Shown here one piece after another: positions 28,261 through 41,735 of a stretch of DNA of 64,000 bases. Below the pieces are notes generated by a model. That model searched no databases. It worked only from the letters and a program-made list of their open reading frames with translations, and was not told the origin of the DNA. Each line of letters opens with the position of its first letter. The first letter of the stretch is position 1. The position numbers and the translations under genes were made by a program. The stretch is from Eledone cirrhosa. Taxonomy: Eukaryota. The stretch lies in NCBI GenBank assembly GCA_964016885.1, contig OZ024741.1, forward strand, positions 288,176,001-288,240,000. Direction: 5' to 3'.

Positions 28261-28864
28261 ATGTAATATAAGGGGACATGGTGGGATGATTAAATAGAAG
28301 ACAGAAACTCCATGGTGGTGTGTATGTTGTGTAGGGAGACATGGTGGGGGTGGTTGAATGGTAGATGGAAGCAAAAGCATGTAGGTATGTGCTGTAAGGG
28401 AATGGATTTTGAATTTGGTAGGAAGTAGTGGTGTTATGACTATGACAGCATGGTTATATATAACATTTGAATGGTTAATGGATCTGGAACTCGTATGTGT
28501 GTGTGTGCGTGCATGCGTGTGTGTAAATATTCTCAATCTATGGATATATGCAGACATACAAACACATACACATATATATGTGCATTTGTGTATGCTTTTA
28601 TATATGCATATACATACATGTACAGACATATAAGTGTTGGAGATTGGAACTATATTGGTCTAAGAATCTACTCAATCAAACAATACAACAACCACAACAA
28701 CAATACACAAGACAGTATTAACAATAAAGGAGACATAAAAGACATTTCTAAGACAACAGTACTAAATAACAGATTTAGATTGATTTGTTAGAGAATCTAA
28801 TTTTACAATGTATCATAATAATCATTACCATCATCTTTATAGCTATGATGAAACCAACAATACC

Positions 28865-29052
28865 GCGGTGGATTGGCAGTATCGGTAGAGCGTCGGACAC
28901 CATGCTTTCCAGCATAGTTACGTCCCTTTACGATCTGAGTTCAAATCCCGCCGAGGTTGACTTTGCCTTTCATCCTTACGGGGTCGATAAAACAAAGTAC
29001 CAGTAATGCACTGGGTAATTGCTGGCCTTGTGCCTAAATTAGAAACAATTAT
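28865..29052 (+). mobile_element. tRNA-derived SINE family A (reference copy)
   Basis: Box A TGGCAGTATCGG, box B GAGTTCAAATCCC, central GCCTTTCATCCTTACGGGGTCGATAAAA..GTACCAGT (resembles Deu/Nin-type SINE domain), tail TAGAAACAATTATT. Confidence 0.85.
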
Positions 29053-29061
29053 TGCTTTTAT

Positions 29062-29751
29062 AACCATACCACCACCACTACTACTGCCACCAACACTAAT
29101 ACTACCACCACAGCCATCAACACTACTACTACCACCACCACTACTGCCACCAACACTACTACTACCACTACCACCACCACCACCACCACTACTACCATCA
29201 CCACCACTACTACTACCACCAACACCACTACTACAACCACCACCACTGCCAACACTACTACTACAACGACCACTACTACTACCACCACTACTGCCACCAA
29301 CACTACTACCACCACCACCACCACCACCACTACCATCACCACCACTACTACTACTACCACCACCACCACTACAACCACCACCACTGCCAACACTACTACT
29401 ACTACAACGACCACTACTACCACCAACACTACTACAAGCACCACTACTACTACTACAATGACCACTACTACTACTACTGCCACCAACACTACTACAAGCA
29501 CCACTACTACTACTACAACGACCACTACTACTACTGCCACCAACACTACTACAAGCACCACTACTACTACTACAACCAGCACCACCGCCACCAACACTAC
29601 TACTACAACCACCACCACTGCCACCAACACTACTACCACTCCCACTGCCACCAACACCACCACTACTACTACAACCACCACCACTAACACTACTACAACC
29701 ACCACTACTACCACCATCACCACAGGCACCACTACTACTACAACAACCACC

Positions 29752-29789
<38 letters not shown>

Positions 29790-30655
29790 CACCACTACTG
29801 CCACTAACACTACTACAACAACCACCACTGCCACCAACACTACTACTGCTACCACCACTGCCACCACTACTACTACAACCACCACCACCACCATTGCCAC
29901 CAACACTACTACAGCCACCACCACCACCATTGCCACCAACACTACTACTACCACCACCACTACTACTGCTACCACCACCACTGCCACCACCACTACTACT
30001 GCTACCACCACTGCCACCAACACTACTACCACAACCACCACCACTGCCACCAACATTACTACTACCACCACCACTGCCACCAACACTACTACTACCACCA
30101 CCATTGCCACCAACACTACAACAACCACCACTGCCACCAACACGACTACTGCTACCACCACTGCCACCACTACTACTACAACCACCACTGCCACCAACAC
30201 TACTACAACCACCACCACCACCATTGCCACCAACACTACTACTACCACCACCACCACTACTACTGCTACCACCACCACTGCCACCAACACTACTACCACA
30301 ACCACCACCACTGCCACCGACACTACTACTACCACCACCATTGCCACCAACACTACAACAACCACCACTGCCACCAACACTACTACTGCTACCACCACTG
30401 CCACCAACACTACTACAACCACCAACACTACTACTACCACCACCAACACTACTATCACCACCACTGCCACCAACACCAACACACAACACTACTACTACCA
30501 CCTACACTACTACTGCTACCACCACCACTGCCACCAACACTACTACTACTACCACCACCACCACTGCCACCAACACTACTACTGCTACCACCACCACTGC
30601 CACCAACACTACCACTACTACCACCACCACCAACACTACCACCAACACTGCCACA
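29062..30655. repeat. Compound trinucleotide repeat (CCA/CTA/CAA/CTG), ~1.6 kb
   Basis: Higher-order unit CCACCACTGCCACCAACACTACTA repeated with variation. Confidence 0.95.
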
Positions 30656-32137
30656 CAAAGAAATATGATAATATATTATTTGAGCCATAGCAAAATAGTT
30701 TTCATAATGAGAAGATGATTACAAGACAATCATCACCATCATCATCTTCATCTTTCAACATCCATTTTCCCAGCAAGCAAGGTCAGACAGGCCACCACAG
30801 ATCAAGGCAGTACTTAAGTGGCGCTACTGACCTCTAAGATGGGACAGGGGCCTGCATCTTACTTACATTCTTGCACTTTATCAAATGCTTAGACAGACCA
30901 GGGGCTCACATTTCATTTACAAAAGGTTCACATGCTCTACTGGGTACTGCAACTTCTGTGGTAACAGCACTGGAGAGGTTGTCAAGTCTTTGTCGCACCT
31001 GACTCTTACTCATTGCTTGGCAGGGTTTCAGCAGCTGAATGCTTTTCCTATCACAAATCATTCTGCAGAGTGTATTGGGAGCATATATTGTGTAGATTAC
31101 CAACACTAAGGAGGTTGTGATGTGTTTGACTTAGCTGAAGGGTCAGCCAGGCCATTTGTTTGGCAAGTTTTCTATGGCTGGGTGTTCTTCCTACTACCAC
31201 CCACTTTACACAGTGAACTTATCCTTCTCCTTATCATCATTTAATGTCTGGTTTCCCTTCACAGATCAAGTCAGTACTTAAGCAGAGCTACTGACTTCTT
31301 AAATGGACTGAAGACCTATATGTATATCACTAACATATGGTATGAGTGCATTTTATCCTGACATCAGCATTAACGAGGTTCTTATGTCTTTGACACAATT
31401 GAAGGATCTGCCCAACCCCTTTTTTGTGAGGAGGGGAAGAGAGTAGGAAGATAAGTATGATGTTCTGGATGTATCGCTAGTGTGGTGGGATTTGACAGGG
31501 TGTTTCGTAAAAAGGAAGGGGTGAAGTGTCACAGGTGTATCAGGAATTTTAGAGTGGGAATGTACTGATGGTGAGAATAGCTAAGAGGCAATAGTGGTTG
31601 AGGTGATCAATAGCATAGGGGGTGAGGAGGACTTAGTGGTATGTTGGGACTTGAAGTGTAATAATGGAGGGGGCATAGATGGGGTGCACTGGGTTGGAGA
31701 GAATAGCTACTAAGATGTGATAATGAGGACTTTAGAGGTGGGGTATAGAGATGGTGAGGATAGCTAAGGACTAATAGTGGAGGAGATATGGATGGGGGTG
31801 TACAGTAATAAGGAGGATAGCTACTTGGTAGTGCTAGGGGTGGGGTTATCTAATAAGGAGTGCTAGTGGATGAGGTGTGGGAGTACAGATTTTGAGTCAG
31901 TTCACATTTTATGCTGGAATGTACTGCAAATGAGAAATTCCACCATGACCAACCATTAAAATATATTTACATACCTTAGAGCCTTAGAGCACACCACAGG
32001 CTAGATGAAAAATGTGTCTTTTTTTAACTCCTTGGAAAAACTTTCAAGTCAGTTGACCCTAGAAAATAAAGAAAAACAATATCATCTTCATTTTCACAGT
32101 TTTCATGTCTGCTTTTCCATAAGGGCATGGTTTAGAT

Positions 32138-32822
32138 CAAAGCTTCTCAACGGGGGCGTTTCAGAACTCCAGTGGGGCGTTTGGGAGCAAGGTCGCGTTA
32201 GGGAGGCGTTTGGAGCTGGGGGAGGGGGGTTAGGGGGCACTGGAAGGCTCTTTATTTTGGTAAGTTTTATAAGCCATATTTGTATGTCTTTGAGACAGCC
32301 AGTATGAATGCATTTGAATGAGCTTGCATAACTATAGTCTGACCGCAGCTGTGAGCAGGTGTGCAGGCATGTCCGGTAATTGAGACGTTAACCGGTAATT
32401 TAGATCCTAAAAATGAAAAACCCACAGTCAACTGGGTCAAAGACACTTTGGGCGTAGCCAGTTAGAATCTTATCTTTCCTTCACCGATAACAATGTATTT
32501 CATGTCTGAAATTATTGACTCAACCGTAACGAGTTAACACTATGTAGATCTATTTTATTCCCTATTGTATAATTAATATTACAAATAAAAAAAAAGAAAA
32601 GAAAAAACAGAAGCGAGTAGCACACACATCTAAGACCACATACAACACATAGTCAGATAATACACACATCTTTGGAATATTGTTAATCAATTTTTTAGTA
32701 ATCTACTGATATAAAAATCAGTAGTATATTGAAAAATGGAAAAATAGGGGGGGGGGGGGGGGCGTTTCGTGATTTCGAGGGACAAAAGGGGGCATTTGGC
32801 CTAAATGGGTTGAGAACCTGTG
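32138..32822. mobile_element. hAT (Charlie-like) non-autonomous DNA transposon
   Basis: 8-bp TSD GTTTAGAT at 32130-32137 and 32823-32830; imperfect TIRs CAAAGCTTCTCAAC / GTTGAGAACCTGTG; inserted into an old RTE/SINE tail. Confidence 0.8.
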
Positions 32823-33114
32823 GTTTAGATGAAACCTTTTTGAAAGAGTGTTTTATAGTCAGATGCCCTTCTTGACACCAACATTATTAATGGACCAATG
32901 CCATCAATAATAACAGCAATAGCATTGAATGTATTTAATTTTTGGAATCCAAGATTAGTATGCCAAATATATCAGGATTACTGGATATATAATCAATTAT
33001 ACAAGCCAGGAAATTTGAGTTTCGATAAATGTATGGTTTACATAAGAGAAACCCTATAGTTCATATTGATTACTGACAAGTGGAAGTGATTAAAGATAAT
33101 GTTTTAATCATTTA

Positions 33115-33312
33115 TTTCATCATCATCATCATCATTGTTTTTACATCTGTTTTTCCATGCTTGCATGGATGGGTCCTTTTCAGCACAGCATCTCTCTACT
33201 TGCCATGTTCCTTTTTCATCTCTTCTGTGAGTCTCAGCGATTTGAGGTCAGCTCTCCCCACCTCTGCCCAGGTTTTTCTTGGTCTACTTCTGCTGTAGCT
33301 TCCTTCCACTAT
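33115..33312 (-). mobile_element. RTE LINE 3' fragment with short tail
   Basis: Reverse complement resembles 59830-60017 (RPRKTWAEV). Confidence 0.75.
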
Positions 33313-33729
33313 TCAGTATGTTTGTACAAATGACAAACAGGATTAAATGTATGAGTAACTCTGGAGTAATAACTATTTACAAGGACAAGGGTAAGGTTAG
33401 AACCTAGGACTTTGTAACTGGAAAGCAAACACTAGTTTTCAAATAACAATAAAGTAAATATCAATTGTAGAAATCTAAGAGGGTGACTCAAGTATAAAGA
33501 AACAATGACAGTCTAGGATAATAGTATAATTAGCTGCTACCTTCTTGCAATTTGGTCTACAGCATTTAGATCTTGCCAAATTCCACCGAAAAACTATTAT
33601 ATCTCTGAGATTTAATGTTTATAGACAGTAACTGAAACGGTAGAATGTTGGGTCAAAATGACATTCAATATTTCTCTTTTTCTTCTCTCTACTTTGTGAG
33701 GCTTATCGGAGGTCGAAAAAATTCTAAAT

Positions 33730-34008
33730 CTGTCTTGAGCTCGGGATCTCATCAGGCCAGTGTTTATACCAGTTTCCATGGCGTTAAGCAACTGAGAGAA
33801 CAAGACTCTTCTCTGGACAAGCCACTAGTCTATTGCAGGTTTAAATCCCCAGCTATTGCTTGTACTCACTTTCAGCTAAGTATACAGGAGCAATGTGAAA
33901 TGAAGTGTTTTGCTCAAGAACATAACAAACAACCTAGTTCAGGAATCGAACTCATGACATTATGATCGTAAGTCCAACACACTTATAACAAGGCCATGCA
34001 CCTTCACT
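33730..34008 (-). mobile_element. Diverged CORE-like SINE with a different 3' part
   Basis: tRNA-like head, GAGTTCGATTCC, TTCTTGAGCAAAACACTT core, then ...GGAAACTGGTATAAACACTGGCCTGATGAG. Confidence 0.65.
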
Positions 34009-34766
34009 ATTAGAAATATCATATTTTAACTTGCATACCTCAGGGTGTGATAGAATAAGTACCTGCCATGTAACAGATGTTATTCAATAGAAATAAGCCA
34101 TTCTTGTACAGATCCGAAACTTTGTAATTAACGATAAATCAATTTTGTGTATAGAGTTGCTATTGCTCTCTTATCACAGACCCCACCCATGTAACGCATT
34201 TATGGTTGGGGTACTTACGACAGGAATCCATATTTGATAACATTGGATATATATATGTGTGTGTATATTATATATATATATATATATATCATCATCATCA
34301 TCATCGTTTAACGTCCATCTTCCATGCTAGCATGGGTAGAACTTGTTGACCCTTAGGGAGAGAATCGGGTCAGAGGACCATGTTTAATTCATCCGGGGCA
34401 AATTTTGGCTTCATTTCTACAGCTGGATGCTCTTCCTAACATCAACCACATTTACAGAGTGTGTTGGGTGCATTTTTGTTGTGTTACCTACACAACCACT
34501 TTACAGTGTGGACTGGGTGCTTTTGTTTTGGAACTTGGGAGGGAGGGAGGGAGGTTGGGGAAATTGTGGATGTAGGTAATAGGGAAGGGATGGTTACTGC
34601 AAAGGCAGGTATATGGGAGGCAGGGGGCAGAGGGAGAAGGTAGAGGAAGGTGTTGCCCATTAGATATATGCTTCAGCTCAAGCATATAGGAGGGTGAGTC
34701 TTCTATAGTACTGCATAGCGCCAGAGGTTGTAGTACTGTGTCATTGTGCAAGATATTATATATATA

Positions 34767-35090
34767 TCATTTCATTTTACGTCCGCTTTTCCCTGCTTGC
34801 AAGGGTGGGACGGGAACTGATACTGGCTTGATTTCTACAGCTGGATGCCCTTCCTAACACCAACAGTGAGTGCTGGGTGCTTTTTTGCCGTGGCACCTAC
34901 ACGACCACTTTGCAGTGGAATGATAAGGACCTCAGTCCCTAGCATCTCATTTCTACAGCTGAGTAAACTGGAGCAATGTGAAATAAAGTGTCTTGCACAA
35001 GGAAACAACACATCACCCGGTCTGAGAATTGAACTCACAACCTTTCGATTGCAAGGCCAATGCTCTAACCACTAAGCCATGTGCCTCCAT
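34767..35090 (-). mobile_element. SINE family B, full length
   Basis: Near-identical to 20776-21105; flanked by (TA)n. Confidence 0.88.
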
Positions 35091-35359
35091 ATATATATAT
35101 ATATATATATATATTCGGTACTGACTTGGTTTATGTAGATTCCTGGGTAGCAGTGAAAGCAGACAGTAAAATGGATATATATATATATATATCATCATGT
35201 CCCTTAGCCCTTTTCATGGTTGTTGGGACATTTCAATGTTGAATGCTGCCCCAACTACCTCCAACTTTGGTGGTCATGGATGAGTGCTTTGATAGTGGCA
35301 AAGTTCTTTCTTGTCCACTGCTTCTTGCCTGCCCCACCTTCTCTTTCTTGTTCTGTTTT

Positions 35360-35401
<42 letters not shown>

Positions 35402-35451
35402 TACATATATATATACACACACACATACATACATATATATATATATATACA

Positions 35452-35701
35452 TGTGTAGGTGTCACAACAAAAAAACACACAGTCCACGCTGTAATGTGGC
35501 CGTGTAGGTAACACAGTAAAAAGTTCCCAGTTCCACACTGTAAATGTGGTTGGTGTTAGGAAGGGCATCCAGCCGTAGAAAACCTGCCAGATAGTCCTAT
35601 ATGAGCGAGACACGGTCACCTGACCAATCTTGCCTCAAGTGAGACAACTGCTGTCTAATCCATGCTAGCGTGGAAGATGGACGTTAAATGATGATGATGA
35701 T
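35452..35701 (+). mobile_element. RTE 3' UTR/tail fragment
   Basis: Matches reverse complement of 3350-3600. Confidence 0.8.
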
Positions 35702-36025
35702 ATAAACACATACATATATCGAAAATTTCTCTCATATCCCTACTCAACAACAAATACAACAAACCCAAACCAACCAAAGCCCACCACACAAAATACAATT
35801 ACTCAACTACAAAAATACAGTGTTTCACAAAATATAATAACATCCACCAAAAGCAAAAGCATCCAATAAGTACTTCATGTTAAAAAAAAAAAAAAAAATC
35901 TGAAACATAAGAAATAATTCTAATCCAAAACTAAATAAGTATTTGGATTAATAGTTGCAATGTTTGATACCCTTCGAATGTCTCCTGATGACATAGATAA
36001 ACTAATGGATTGAAAATATGTTTAA

Positions 36026-36243
36026 CGCTTTAGCATTTACATTACTCTATATATACTATTGTATTTTCATAGGAAAGGCTTTACCTCAAATAATTATCTC
36101 ACATAATATCGAATGTCAGATTTTGATATTATTATTTTGAGGACAATACTTTAACATCAGTATGAACGGCCAGTTACAGCCGGTTTGAACAGAAAGAGGT
36201 GAGAGAATTCTGGCCAGTAACGGCCAGTTTAAATACTAAATGG
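36026..36243. mobile_element. piggyBac-type MITE (degraded copy)
   Basis: TTAA|CGCTTTAGCATTTA...TAAATACTAAATGG|ATAA; internal homology to 44956-45164 and 48271-48486. Confidence 0.7.
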
Positions 36244-37547
36244 ATAAAAGGCACTTGGAAAACTAAAACACTTATAACTTATAATTATGTATGTATGGTC
36301 CTGTAACTCCCGAGGGAGTCATCGGGGTGCTGCATTGACATACAGCACTTCTTGGGCATTTTAAAACTTAGCAGAGACCAACTCCTCTCCAGGTCTGAAT
36401 ACAGCAGATTTCTTCTAGAGAAGGATAGAGTCAGAGAATGGAAGGGATAATGACATATAGAGGAAGATTCGACCCCAGTACTAGACTGGTACTTTTTTTA
36501 TTGACCTTGAATGAATGAAAGGCAAAGTTGACCTCAGTGAGATTTGAACACACAGAGCAGTGAGCTGAAATGAATACCGCAAAGCATTCTATCCGACCAT
36601 CTAACGACTCTGCCAATTCGCTGCCTTTGTTTACTATTATAGAGAACCTAAAGAAGGCTTCAGCCTTCTTTAGGTTCTCTATAATTGGGCTTGAATCAAG
36701 GAAAGACATTTGAGTCAAGAATGCAATTAATCTCACAAGTGCTGCTCCTTACATTAGGCAAATTGGAGGAGGTAAAAAGCTCTGCTACTCTCAGTAAATT
36801 TATAGGAAAAGGAAGTATCAGATGACATATTTATTGCAAAGGAAAGGGTTAGAGTAAGTTGAACCAACCCTGGTCTGTAACTGGTACTTAACAGGGAAGG
36901 ATGGTAACATTGATATTGGGAGGATTCATTGTCTTTTAATTGTTGCTATTTAGCCCCAGGTCAATCCTTATCAAAGAAAGAGTCCTATGATTAAAGACAT
37001 TCCAGCAGTGACCATTCCAACTAAATGTATCTTTGGGTATATTATCCATTGTGTTCTTCCTTTTTTGAGATTGTAAAATGCAATTGACACTATTTTGATA
37101 TCCATTTCAGCAGGATTTGAATTCAGAACATAGAGAGTCAGAACAAATACTGCAAAATATTATATCTGATGTTCTAATAACTCTACCAATTCACTGCCAT
37201 ATATATGTGTGTGTGTGTGTGTGTGTGTACATAGCCAACTGACCAGGCATCCCTCATAATGGGACCTCCCAGCTTCCAAAATATTGTTCCGCTGTGAGCA
37301 GGATACGGCACGGCCAACTGGCCAGACCCTCCTCATAACAGTGCCAACCAGTTCCACATTGTAAACATGGTTGGTGTTAGGAAGGGCATTTAACTGTAAA
37401 AATCCTAGCCAAAATACAGTTCCATTTGAGCAAGGTACATCATGGCCAACTGGCCAGACTTGTATCATAATGTGGATGACCCGTCTAACCCATACAAGCA
37501 TGGAAAATAGACGTCAAACGATGATGATGATATATATATATATATAT

Positions 37548-39309
37548 GAGTTATTCTATATCAAATCATCCAGTTTCAGAAAAATTTCCCAGGTCACTTC
37601 CTCAGATCCCCCTGAAAAAATTCATACTAGCTCCTGTACCTATATGATGGAAAAATATCAAGTATTAGGTCATCTTTGATAGTTTTGAAATTGTAGTCCT
37701 TTAAAATATTAATTAATTATACATTTTTTTCAAAACGAGCCTCTCGGACCAATAAGGTAAGCACAACTTTGAAATCTTGTGTTTGTGGCTAACTTTTTCT
37801 GTAGAGTTCAAATATCTTATCAAATCAAGTGTATCTTGTATATTTTTCCATCTACGGGCCTCTGAAAATTGCCAAGAATTAAACGTACAACAAATGTATG
37901 CCTCTTTTAGGTATTTCTATCTCAATAGGTATACTAGATAAAGCGACCATAATTGTTTTCCTGTTACTTAGCATATAGTAGACCATTTCTGAGCAGTACC
38001 CATGTTAGTTACTATTATGGGAGTGTTAGAATAAATTTTTGAAATATCTGCGATTTCAAAAAATGCCCATTTGAAGCCCTTAGTTGACCATGTGGGCATT
38101 TAAAGAAAAGCTTTGGTATAATGTACTTTCTTGGCCAGCAGCATCCCGTAACGATGAATGTTGGGTTCCTTTACAACATGTCATGTGTGTAATCAGTACA
38201 CCAATCGTTCAAGGTAGAAGTGCCTGCACCTACACAATTAGTTCAAGTGACCTGAACAAAATTCTCACTATTCCCACAATTTGTACAGAATTAATAGCTA
38301 TGATTTTCTGCAAAATCAAGTAATATGATGGCTTCAATATACCAAAGCTTTTCTTTAAATGCATTCAAAGCTGTAGATTGCGCTTTTGCAATAAAGTGGT
38401 GCTGTGCAAGCTTATAGAATGATTCACACATGATATCAATGAAATCTGCTGCAGTAGCTTCAAGTGATACAAGCGTTGTTCTATCATTGTGCACCTATTG
38501 TTTATATTTAATCATATCACCTTCATGAGACTATCCACCTGACTATTGAGGTACTCTTGTAATGCCTCTTTCCCAGGACACCATTCACAGGCATGCAACA
38601 TGCTGTTTTATATCCATGTTTTATGAATAAGTTGATCCTGTACAAAGCACTGACAACTGAATTTATAAAAATGCACAACTCTGAAAAGAAGTTCAGCAAC
38701 AAAACCAAATTTCTGTCACATCATCTTCAGAAGTATAAGAATGCATAGTAAAAATTTGAAAACGATAGTGAACTGCCCACATGGTCAACTAAGGGCTTCA
38801 AATGGGCATTTTTTGAAATCGCATATATTTCAAAAACTTATTCTAACACTCCCATAATAGTAACTAACATAGTTACTGCTCAGAAATGGTCTACTATATG
38901 CTAAGTAACAGGAAAACAATTATGGTCGCTTTATCTAGTATACCTATTGAGATAGAAATACCTAAAAGAGGCATACATTTGCTGTACGTTTAATTCTTGG
39001 CAATTTTCGGAGCCCGTAGATGGAAAAATATACAAGATACACTTGATTTGATAAGATATTTGAACTCTACAGAAAAAGTTAGCCACAAACGCAAGATTTC
39101 AAAGTTGTGCTTACCTCCTTTGGTCCGAGAGGTTCATTCGGAAAAAAATGTATAATTAATTAATATTTTAAAGGCCTACAATTCAAAGATATTGACCTAA
39201 TACTTGATATTTTTCCATCATATAGGTATAGGAGCTAGTATCATTTTTTTCAGGGGGATCTGAGAGGGGTGACCTGGTACCCTTTGGGTGATTTGAGATG
39301 GAATGACCC
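37548..39309. mobile_element. Long-TIR DNA transposon, Sola2-like, internally deleted
   Basis: ~540-bp TIRs (37548-~38098 and ~38774-39309), termini GAG.../...CCC, possible 4-bp TSD ATAT/ATAC; internal fragment LAQHHFIAKAQ...IILLDFAENHSY (38291..38494, minus). Confidence 0.75.
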
Positions 39310-39314
39310 ATACA

Positions 39315-39500
39315 TATATGTAAGTCCTGGGTTCAATCGAGGGTAACCACAGTAAGTAAGGTACTCAATACATTAGTAGAGTGTAAATATCAAATTTTAT
39401 ATAGAGAAATGGCTTCTACAGGACTAGAACTGTTTCATTCAAAAGAAATCATCAGGAGAAACAGTTCTAGTCCTGTAGAAGCCATTTCTATATATAAATA
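39315..39500. mobile_element. PLE-end remnant with short fold-back and hammerhead-like core
   Basis: AGAAATGGCTTCTACAGGACTAGAACTGTTTC / GAAACAGTTCTAGTCCTGTAGAAGCCATTTCT inverted arms; minus strand CTGATGA-TTTC(TTTT)GAAT-GAAAC...GTC. Confidence 0.55.
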
Positions 39501-39519
39501 AATATATATATATATATAG

Positions 39520-39743
39520 ACACTTTATTTCACATTGCTCCAGTTTACTCAGCTGGGGTCCATATCATTCCACTGCAAAGTGGTCGTGGAGGTGCCACGG
39601 CAAAAAAGCACCCAGCACTCACTGTAAATGAGGTTGGTGTTAGGAAGGGCATCCAGCTGTAGAAATCAAGCCAGAATCAGTTCCCTTCCCACCCTTGCAA
39701 GCAGGGAAAAAGCAGACGTAAAATGAAATGATGATGATGATGA
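39520..39743 (+). mobile_element. SINE family B, 5'-truncated
   Basis: Matches core and tail of 34767-35090. Confidence 0.85.
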
Positions 39744-40349
39744 TATATATATATACACACACATATAAATAAATAAAATGTCATATTAAGTTTGGACATT
39801 TTGTTGTAAGTTGACATAAACAATTGAAATGTGAGGAATTGGTCACAGTAACAACATATGTATTATCTAATGGAAGAGTGGATTATTATATCATAGCAGT
39901 GTCTCTCTTTACCCTCCCCCTCTCAAAACAATAAACAGGCAAATTTGCCAATATTGGAAACAAAGCATGGACTGTTTAACAACACACACACTTCTATTGA
40001 TGAGGTGACAAAGAATAATCTATCAACTATCATGGTTGTTGTTCTGTAATGGTAACACTAGTAAACTAATGGTTGAGATTATACCTGGTGTTGTTCTTGT
40101 TGCTTGATCCTAGGTGTGACCTGATAAAGCCAACCTATGATTAATCATGCCTCTAATACTTCCCTATCCAATGATTTTTTCCTTTGAGGAAATTTCACTG
40201 CTCTTATTAACAGTTCAGGACACCACATGGAGGCTCATGGATATAGTTTGAATCAGTTGATAAAAAATCCTATAGTATTTGATGTAAAACTACAATTAGA
40301 GTTAGAAGAAGCAGGAGGGGCTTGACAGAATCATTAGAAAGTCGGATAG

Positions 40350-41735
40350 AATCATCATCATCATTTTACATCTGTAGTTCTACGCTTGCATGGGTAAGAT
40401 GGGTCCTTCTCAGTACAGCATCTCCCCACTTGTCATATTCCTTTGTCATCTCCTCTGTGTGCTTTAGCGATTTGAGATCAACTTTCACCACTTTCACCCA
40501 GGTCTTCCTCTACTACAGCTTCCTTCCATTGGGGTTACTTGGCACTTCTTCACCCAGCAATCATCCTCAATTCAGATCACATGTCCATACCAATGCAGTT
40601 TCCTTTCCTGCACATTACATTTGATTCCTCATATACCCAGTTCATCCATGCTTTGTTGTTCTCACACATTAACATTGCATATCCATCGAAGAATGCTTGC
40701 CTCATTTCTCTCCATCCTTTGCATGTCCTCTTCGTTCACTGCCCATGTCTCACTACCATGCATCATGCAACTGACTTTTTATAGTCAACAGAAGTAGCAA
40801 TTCCCTAAACCTCTTCCATCCTGCCCTTATTCTAGCTACTAAGCTCTCGGAGCACCCCATTCCCATCTTAATTATATCACGGGATCGATAAAATAAAGTA
40901 CCAGTAATGCACTGGGATAATTGCTGGCCTTGTGCCAAAAGTAGAAACAATTAATTATATCACCTAGGTAGAGGCTATCAACCACTTCCATGGATTCTTC
41001 CTGGGATTGGAAAAGGTTTATATTATTTATTATTATTTCAAATCCCGCCGAGGTTAGCTTTGTCTTTCATCCTTACGGGGTCAATAAAATAAAGAAAGTA
41101 CCAGTAATGCACTGGGTAATTGCTGACTTGTGCCAAAAGTAGAAACAATTATTATTATTATTGATACTCTTAGGGTGGGGGATTGGCAGTATTGGTAGGT
41201 CGGACACCATGTTTTGCAGCATAGAGTTACGCCCCTTTATAGTCTGAGTTCAAATCCTGCCGAGGTTCACTTTGCCTTTCATCCTTTCGGGGTCGATAAA
41301 ATAAAGTACCAGTAATGTACTGGGTAATTGCTGGCCTTGTGCCAAAAGTAGAAACAATTATTATTGACACTCTTACTTTCAATTGACCCTGAACATACAT
41401 ACAATCTACATACAATGTTTTCCATTCCTGTTAGTCTACCTGGTATCACACAACACCTCTTGTGTACCCAAGATTTGCATTGAGTACATCATATAGAGTT
41501 GATGTCAGGTCATTTCTCTGATGAGATTGGTGTCCTATCTTCTTTCTTACTTATTAACATTTTGGTTTTTGCTAATTTATTCTCTAGTTCTACAGATTGA
41601 TTCAGCTATGAAGATCAGATTTTGGTATACAGAAGTTCCCATGGACAACCAGTCTCAAAGTTCTATGTTATGGTGTGAAGGACGAGGATAAACAGAAGTG
41701 GGCTAAGAACTGAACCCTGATACACTCCTACCTGT
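40350..41735 (-). mobile_element. Old RTE LINE fragments interrupted by nested family A SINEs (40880-40952, 41037-41155, 41178-41365, plus strand)
   Basis: SESLVARIRAGWKRFRELL, degraded [12 protein letters not shown] and PHD remnants; AATTATATCAC duplicated on both sides of the 40880 insert. Confidence 0.75.

Noticed and set aside
33735-33785. Permuted hammerhead (minus GAAAC...CTGATGAG) in a SINE tail
   Set aside because: Stems and a cleavage triplet cannot be placed convincingly; resembles a common SINE 3' motif
35020-35090. tRNA gene (Cys-like GCA loop) here and at ~21040-21105 and ~60350-60421
   Set aside because: These are SINE heads: anticodon and acceptor stems are broken and each continues into a SINE core and RTE tail
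35982-36022. CTGATGA...GAAA hammerhead candidate
   Set aside because: Stem II is misaligned and the 3' side is cut by a MITE; not supportable
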